Assembly (NCBI GenBank): GCA_033549025.1
Contig: JAWSUS010000002.1
Coordinates: 1 to 64,000, forward strand
Direction of reading: 5' to 3'
From: Desulfuromonadales bacterium
GTDB lineage: Bacteria > Desulfobacterota > Desulfuromonadia > Desulfuromonadales > SZUA-540
Length of the DNA: 64,000 bases
Positions 59,404-64,000 of this stretch are shown here, piece by piece. The notes below the pieces were generated by a model. The model was not told the DNA's origin and made no database searches. It saw nothing but the letters and a program-made list of their open reading frames with translations. The translations under genes were made by a program, and so were the position numbers. The number at the start of each line of letters is the position of its first letter. Position 1 is the first letter of the stretch.

Positions 59404-60618
59404 ATGGACATGGCTGTCGAATCCCTGGTTCATAGCGGGGACATACTCTTTCTCATGCTCGGGGCGGTCATGGTCTTTGCCATGCACGCCGGATTTGCTT
59501 TTCTCGAAGTTGGCACCGTCCGGCGGAAAAGCCAGGTCAATGCCTTCGTTAAGATTCTTACCGACTGGTCGGTATCGACGGTGGTCTATTTTGCCGTCGG
59601 CTTTCCCATCGCCTATGGCATTCATTTCTTCCACCCGGCCGCGGATTTGCTTGCCGCGGATCAGGGCTACCAACTGGTACGATTCTTCTTTCTCCTCTGC
59701 TTCGCCGCCTGCATACCCGCCATCATTTCCGGCGGCATTGCCGAGCGGGCCAAGTTCTGGCCGCAGGTAGCGGCCGGAGCCGTTTTTGCCGCGGTGATCT
59801 ATCCCCTGTTCGAGTCGCTGATCTGGGGGCAGAACAGCTCTGGTCTTCAGGCTTTTTTCGAGCAGAATCTCGGAGCCCCTTTCCATGATTTTGCCGGCAG
59901 CGTGGTGGTTCATTCCATGGGAGGGTGGCTGGCCCTGCCCGCTATCATCATCCTTGGTGCCCGCAAGGGACGCTTTGTCAAAGGACAGAGCCGGGCCATT
60001 CCTATCAGCAACATTCCCTTTCTCGCTCTGGGGAGCTGGATTTTGGCCGTCGGCTGGTTCGGCTTCAACGTCATGAGCGCCCAATCCCTTACCGGCATAT
60101 CGGGGCTGGTCGCCCTGAACTCGCTGATGGCCATGGTTGGCGGCGTCCTCTTTGCCCTGGTTGCCGGCCGCAACGACCCCGGCTTCGCCCACAACGGCGC
60201 TCTGGCCGGCCTGATTGCCATCTGTGCCGGGTCGGACATTCTGCATCCGATCGCCGCCTTTGTGGTCGGTGGCATCGGCGCCCTGATCTTTGTTTACGGT
60301 TTCCAGTGGGAACAGGAAAAACTGCAGATCGATGACGTGCTCGGGGTCTGGCCGCTGCACGGCATCATCGGCACCTGGGGCGGCGTTGCCGCCGGCATTT
60401 TCGGCTACCCCTTGCTGGGCGGCCTGGGCGGCGTCAGTTTCCTGTCCCAGGTGGCGGGCAGTGCGCTGGCCATTCTCTGGGCTGTCTCCATGGGCACGTT
60501 GGTCTACGGGGCCATCAAGAAGATTTCCGGCATCCGCCTTCAGGAGGAGGAGGAGTTCCGTGGCGCCGACCTTTCGATTCACCGCATCGATGCCTATCCG
60601 GAAGAACACGTTAAATAA
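59404..60618 (+). CDS. amt: Ammonium transporter (Amt family)
   Basis: GFAFLEVG, ISGGIAER, DFAGSVVVH, GWFGFN, IDDVLGVWPLHG (twin His present). Confidence 0.95.
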   Translation: MDMAVESLVHSGDILFLMLGAVMVFAMHAGFAFLEVGTVRRKSQVNAFVKILTDWSVSTVVYFAVGFPIAYGIHFFHPAADLLAADQGYQLVRFFFLLCFAACIPAIISGGIAERAKFWPQVAAGAVFAAVIYPLFESLIWGQNSSGLQAFFEQNLGAPFHDFAGSVVVHSMGGWLALPAIIILGARKGRFVKGQSRAIPISNIPFLALGSWILAVGWFGFNVMSAQSLTGISGLVALNSLMAMVGGVLFALVAGRNDPGFAHNGALAGLIAICAGSDILHPIAAFVVGGIGALIFVYGFQWEQEKLQIDDVLGVWPLHGIIGTWGGVAAGIFGYPLLGGLGGVSFLSQVAGSALAILWAVSMGTLVYGAIKKISGIRLQEEEEFRGADLSIHRIDAYPEEHVK

Positions 60619-60654
60619 CGAGTTCGGGGGCAGGAGGGCTCGTCAGCTCTTCCC

Positions 60655-61086
60655 TCAGGAAATGGAATCCACCTTCAGGGCAAAGGTCAGATCGAGACCG
60701 GCCAGAGGGTGGTTGCCATCCAGCGTGATGCGGCCTTCCTGCACCTGGATCACGCGCATGGGGAGCAGGTCCCCGTTTTTCAGGGTGAGTTCCACCTGTT
60801 GCCCAGGCCTGGGTTGGGATCCGGCGGGGAGCTGATTCTCGCGCAAGGTCAGCAGATTCTCCTTGCGATGAGGACCGTAAGCCTTCTCGGCGGGGATGAG
60901 CAGGTTCTTCGCCTCGCCTGCGGCCATCCCTGCCACCGCCTCTTCCAGCGCGGCAAAGACCTCGCCGGCACCCAGCACGAAGGACAGGGGTTCACGGTCC
61001 GTGGTGCTGTCAAAAATGCGGCCGTTGTCGAGGGTGCCGATGTAGTGAATGGCCACCCGGTCGCCGCTGTGGGCTCTTTTCATCAT
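60655..61086 (-). CDS. FKBP-type peptidyl-prolyl isomerase (SlyD/FkpB-like)
   Basis: [35 protein letters not shown]. Confidence 0.93.
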   Translation of the reverse strand: MMKRAHSGDRVAIHYIGTLDNGRIFDSTTDREPLSFVLGAGEVFAALEEAVAGMAAGEAKNLLIPAEKAYGPHRKENLLTLRENQLPAGSQPRPGQQVELTLKNGDLLPMRVIQVQEGRITLDGNHPLAGLDLTFALKVDSIS

Positions 61087-61517
61087 GGCTCCTTTCGGCT
61101 GATGATCCAGAATCGATCATCGAAAAAACGTACGAGGAGAGGTCTGACCTCCTTCCACGACAACCCGCCACCTCCGCAACCAGGGCGCGGCACGATGATA
61201 CGGGTCCACCCCCTGCCATCGGCCAAGTCCCTGAGCTGCTGGCAGGAGCGCTCAATGATCTGGAGGTCGGGAACCTCGTAAGGGCTGTTCTCGACCGGAA
61301 AGCTCACCAACCCCTCCATCGGTTCGAAAACCCGGTTTCCGTTGTTACCAATAAGCAAACCCAGAGTGGCCGCAAGGCTCGGGAAGCGATCCCGGGCTTC
61401 ACGGGCGCATCCCCTCGGCATGGCGCACTCCCCTTTGGGGGTAACGAGCCCGCCGGTGGTGATGGCGATCACGCCGTTGCCGAAATAATCCCAGAGTTCC
61501 CCTTCGATCTCCTGCAT
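61083..61517 (-). CDS. Macrodomain protein (DarG/TARG1-like, predicted ADP-ribose binding)
   Basis: IEGELW, AMPRGCA...[23 protein letters not shown] motifs. Confidence 0.75.
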   Translation of the reverse strand: MQEIEGELWDYFGNGVIAITTGGLVTPKGECAMPRGCAREARDRFPSLAATLGLLIGNNGNRVFEPMEGLVSFPVENSPYEVPDLQIIERSCQQLRDLADGRGWTRIIVPRPGCGGGGLSWKEVRPLLVRFFDDRFWIISRKEP

Positions 61518-61522
61518 GCCGC

Positions 61523-61816
61523 CTACCCCTTGAGAATGTGACGCATGGTCTCGTAGAGGGCATCGTAGACCGCCTCGCGAGTGGAGATAAAGGCGGGGAT
61601 GTCGTTGTTGAGAATATCCTCAAGATGCTCGAGAACCAGCCCGTCATCGGACTGCAGGGCATCCATCACCGCCGTGAACATGGGGAGTACTTCGTACAGA
61701 TCATAGCGGTCAAAGGGCCGAGGATCCGGTTTGCCGTTGAACTTGGGTTGCTCCCGGGTTGCCTTTTTACGGGGATAGCGATACTTCAGGTCCGAGGGTT
61801 TGATCATAACGCCCAT
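61523..61816 (-). CDS. Hypothetical protein
   Basis: 97 aa, AAGGAGG RBS, tightly packed in the operon. Confidence 0.75.
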   Translation of the reverse strand: MGVMIKPSDLKYRYPRKKATREQPKFNGKPDPRPFDRYDLYEVLPMFTAVMDALQSDDGLVLEHLEDILNNDIPAFISTREAVYDALYETMRHILKG

Positions 61817-61834
61817 GGGAAATCCTCCTTGTGG

Positions 61835-62077
61835 TCAGGATCCGCAACCGGAGCAACCGGATTTCTTGCAATGCGGGACAATTTTTGGGGTGAGCCGGTC
61901 AGGATCACCAAGGCAGGCAGCGATGCTTTCGCGCGTCACCTGCCAGACGCCGTCGATTTCCTGGCCGGAAAGCAGGTTCTGTTTGAGCATCATCAGGATA
62001 CGCACCGGGGTGGTGTTCAGTTCCCGGGCGGCTTGAGCCACGGTCAGCCGGGAAGACGGACAGGATGTTTCGGTCAT
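61835..62077 (-). CDS. Small excisionase-like HTH protein with a Cys-rich tail
   Basis: LTVAQAARELNTTPVRILMMLKQ, G..I.G.W.V; C-terminal HCKKSGCSGCGS; AAGGAG RBS. Confidence 0.7.
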   Translation of the reverse strand: MTETSCPSSRLTVAQAARELNTTPVRILMMLKQNLLSGQEIDGVWQVTRESIAACLGDPDRLTPKIVPHCKKSGCSGCGS

Positions 62078-62100
62078 GGGTTATCTCCTTGTCAGGTGCT

Positions 62101-62174
62101 AAAAAAAAGCCTGCACGAAACCACAAAGGTCTCTGCAGGCGCCATTGCCTGTATCTCCGTTCGCCTTGACCGGA
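62101..62174 (-). promoter_or_regulatory. ANTAR-type hairpin overlapping an intrinsic terminator between draG and downstream genes
   Basis: P2 AGGC-AATGGC-GCCT overlapping GCCTGCA...TGCAGGC-T8; imperfect P1 at 62156-62174. Confidence 0.75.
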
Positions 62175-62205
62175 CTATTTTTCGAAGGAACCAGGGGGGG
62201 GCGGA

Positions 62206-63120
62206 CTAAAATCCCCGCTGGGCCAGAGGGGAGAGCAGCGTGAGTTTTTTGGCCTTCTCTTCCACCTCCATACGGGTGGCACGATCGAGCTGTTTAAGCC
62301 ACCTGGCGGGAATCGAGGTGGGCCCGTAGAAGGCTCCGGCGATCATGCCCGCGATAGCTCCCGTGGTGTCGGCATCCCCTCCCTGGTTGACCACGCCGAT
62401 CAGGCAGTCCTCAAAGGTGGCGGTGGTGAAGAGATAGTGGAACACCGTCTGCATCGTCTCCACCACATAGCCGCTGGCGCGTCCTCGGTAGGTACTGAAA
62501 CGGAAGGTGGGGAACTCGCTGCAGAGCTGCTGGGTTTCTCCGTGCATCTCAAAGCGGTCGGCCCCGAGCAAGGCATTCTGTACCATCCGGCCGGCAGCCA
62601 GGCACGCCGCGTCAGACAGCGGGTGGTGGTGAGTCAGATGGGCCTGTTCCAGGGTGCAGCGCCGAAACAGATCCTCGTCACCCAGGGTGTAGAGCGCGAC
62701 CGGAGCCATTCTCATCACCGCCCCGTTTCCGGCGTCCCAATCATTCTGCGGTCGCTGGATGGTGCCGTTGAGCATATAATCCCGGATCCCCTTACGCACC
62801 GTGGCGCCGATGTCCACCGGCTTGCCACGCATCCAGGCAACGAATTGGTCGGCAATTCCCGTCAGGTCCCAGGTCCCCGCTTCTTCGATGGCCCGGGCGA
62901 TACACAGGGACATCTCCGTATCGTCCGTCACCTGCCCCGCCTTGAGGCCGAGCCAGCCACCGCCAATAATTTTACGGTGCACCCCGTATCGGTGGGTGAT
63001 CTCCGCCGGGGTCATGAACTCGGTGGTAGCGCCCAGGGCGTCACCAATGGCCACCCCCAGAAAAGCCCCTCTGGCCCTCTCCAGGATCGCCTCCATGGCA
63101 CGGCTGCTCTGTTCCGTCAT
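62206..63120 (-). CDS. draG: ADP-ribosyl-[dinitrogenase reductase] glycohydrolase
   Basis: GDALGATTEF, GGGWL, TDDTEM, AGNGAVMR, VNQGGDADTTG. Confidence 0.95.
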   Translation of the reverse strand: MTEQSSRAMEAILERARGAFLGVAIGDALGATTEFMTPAEITHRYGVHRKIIGGGWLGLKAGQVTDDTEMSLCIARAIEEAGTWDLTGIADQFVAWMRGKPVDIGATVRKGIRDYMLNGTIQRPQNDWDAGNGAVMRMAPVALYTLGDEDLFRRCTLEQAHLTHHHPLSDAACLAAGRMVQNALLGADRFEMHGETQQLCSEFPTFRFSTYRGRASGYVVETMQTVFHYLFTTATFEDCLIGVVNQGGDADTTGAIAGMIAGAFYGPTSIPARWLKQLDRATRMEVEEKAKKLTLLSPLAQRGF

Positions 63121-63132
63121 GCGCTCCCCTGT

Positions 63133-63933
63133 TCAGCCGCCGGTAAGAATCTTGATCTCAAAGTCCCCGCCGATGACCAGGACTTCTTCTTCGCCCTTAA
63201 GCAGCGCCCTGGGAAGCAGATCACACCGGAAAAAGATTTTGGGCGTCGGCACCTCGACCTGCATGACCCGTGTACCAAACTCCCAGGCCCGCTCAAAATC
63301 GGTGGTGAAAGAGGTCAGGTTGTTCAACCGGATCAAATGCCGGTTCTTGCCCAGGGGCTTGAGAATGCGCTGCTCCGAAAAATCCTGTACGCCGCGAAAG
63401 AGGGTGCAGTGCCCCAGCCCGCCTTTTTCCCTCTCCAGCTCATATTGACTGAACTCATAGAGCAGGTCGAGCTGAAGCAACAGAGCGCTGGTGCGCGCCG
63501 AGCCCTTCATGCGCTCGGTCAGGTAACGGAAATAGGCCTCGCCATGGATATCCTCGATCGGCCCCTTGTGATACGTGGGAGGCAGACCGATGCGACTTTC
63601 CACCCAGCCTTTGAGAACGGCCCCTTCGATGGAGTTGGCGTCGAACATCCATCCCCGCAGAAAACGCAGATAGCTGTTTTTCAGGCTCTTACGTCCTCTT
63701 TCCGTCGCCTGTTGCTCCCATTGATGCAGCTGAAAGCTGACATCCATGTAGTCATGAAACTGCAGGCCGCGCTCTTCCCGGGTTTCCAGACAAGCCAACT
63801 GGTCAAAGAGCAGCCGGTGCGCCGCGCGCACTCCCTGAATCTCCAGCCGCTGCGGATGGCTGTTAAAAGCTGGGGAGGCGATCACCCAAGGAGGCAAATT
63901 GCACCGATTGATGGCTGCGGACGAAAAAGCCAC
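63133..63933 (-). CDS. draT: NAD+-dinitrogenase reductase ADP-ribosyltransferase
   Basis: NRCNLP, SYLRFLRGW.FD.NS.EGAVLKGWVESR, QLDLLYEF, GEEEVLVIGG; GTG 63933 after GGGAG. Confidence 0.93.
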   Translation of the reverse strand: MAFSSAAINRCNLPPWVIASPAFNSHPQRLEIQGVRAAHRLLFDQLACLETREERGLQFHDYMDVSFQLHQWEQQATERGRKSLKNSYLRFLRGWMFDANSIEGAVLKGWVESRIGLPPTYHKGPIEDIHGEAYFRYLTERMKGSARTSALLLQLDLLYEFSQYELEREKGGLGHCTLFRGVQDFSEQRILKPLGKNRHLIRLNNLTSFTTDFERAWEFGTRVMQVEVPTPKIFFRCDLLPRALLKGEEEVLVIGGDFEIKILTGG

Positions 63934-64000
63934 GGAACGCTCCCATGCGATAAAAAAACAGCCAGCAGCTGCTGATCCTTTAATCACTGTGACCCTGAAA

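Noticed and set aside
63950..63990. ANTAR leader upstream of draT
   Set aside because: A weak hairpin with a T-tract is present, but the loop TAAAGG does not fit the A1/G4 pattern and the window ends before any promoter is visible

Overview
GC-rich chromosomal window whose gene content suggests a Desulfuromonadales-type deltaproteobacterium (inference). Left to right: (1) 165-13881: an RND efflux trio, a MacAB-OMF-type ABC exporter, and a divergent CpxR/CpxA/Spy-like envelope-stress module with GTAAA-N5-GTAAA boxes. (2) ppsA and bacterioferritin. (3) 17200-26343: a redox/metalloid island with three genes that the ORF track missed, split or truncated at in-frame UGA codons. These are a SelW/Rdx CxxU protein, a peroxiredoxin-like UxxC protein and an ArsS-like radical SAM enzyme ending ...FT-U-GG, each followed by a SECIS-like hairpin. 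(4) czcCBA-type metal efflux and a pirin. (5) 34104-43579: a predicted sigma54/PrpR-controlled operon of TctCAB, tartrate/D-malate dehydrogenase, a LeuCD-like hydratase and D-tartrate dehydratase. (6) 44013-63933: a Mo-nitrogenase region (nifHDK-nifX-fdxB, nifB-modABC, nifEN, nifV, amt, draTG). It has five clear sigma54 promoters, an ANTAR response regulator and ANTAR hairpin/terminator leaders. One such terminator gates an uncharacterised four-gene block after draG that includes a DarG/TARG1-like macrodomain. No rRNA, tRNA, CRISPR array or transposase was seen. All family assignments come from motif recognition by eye, not database searches.
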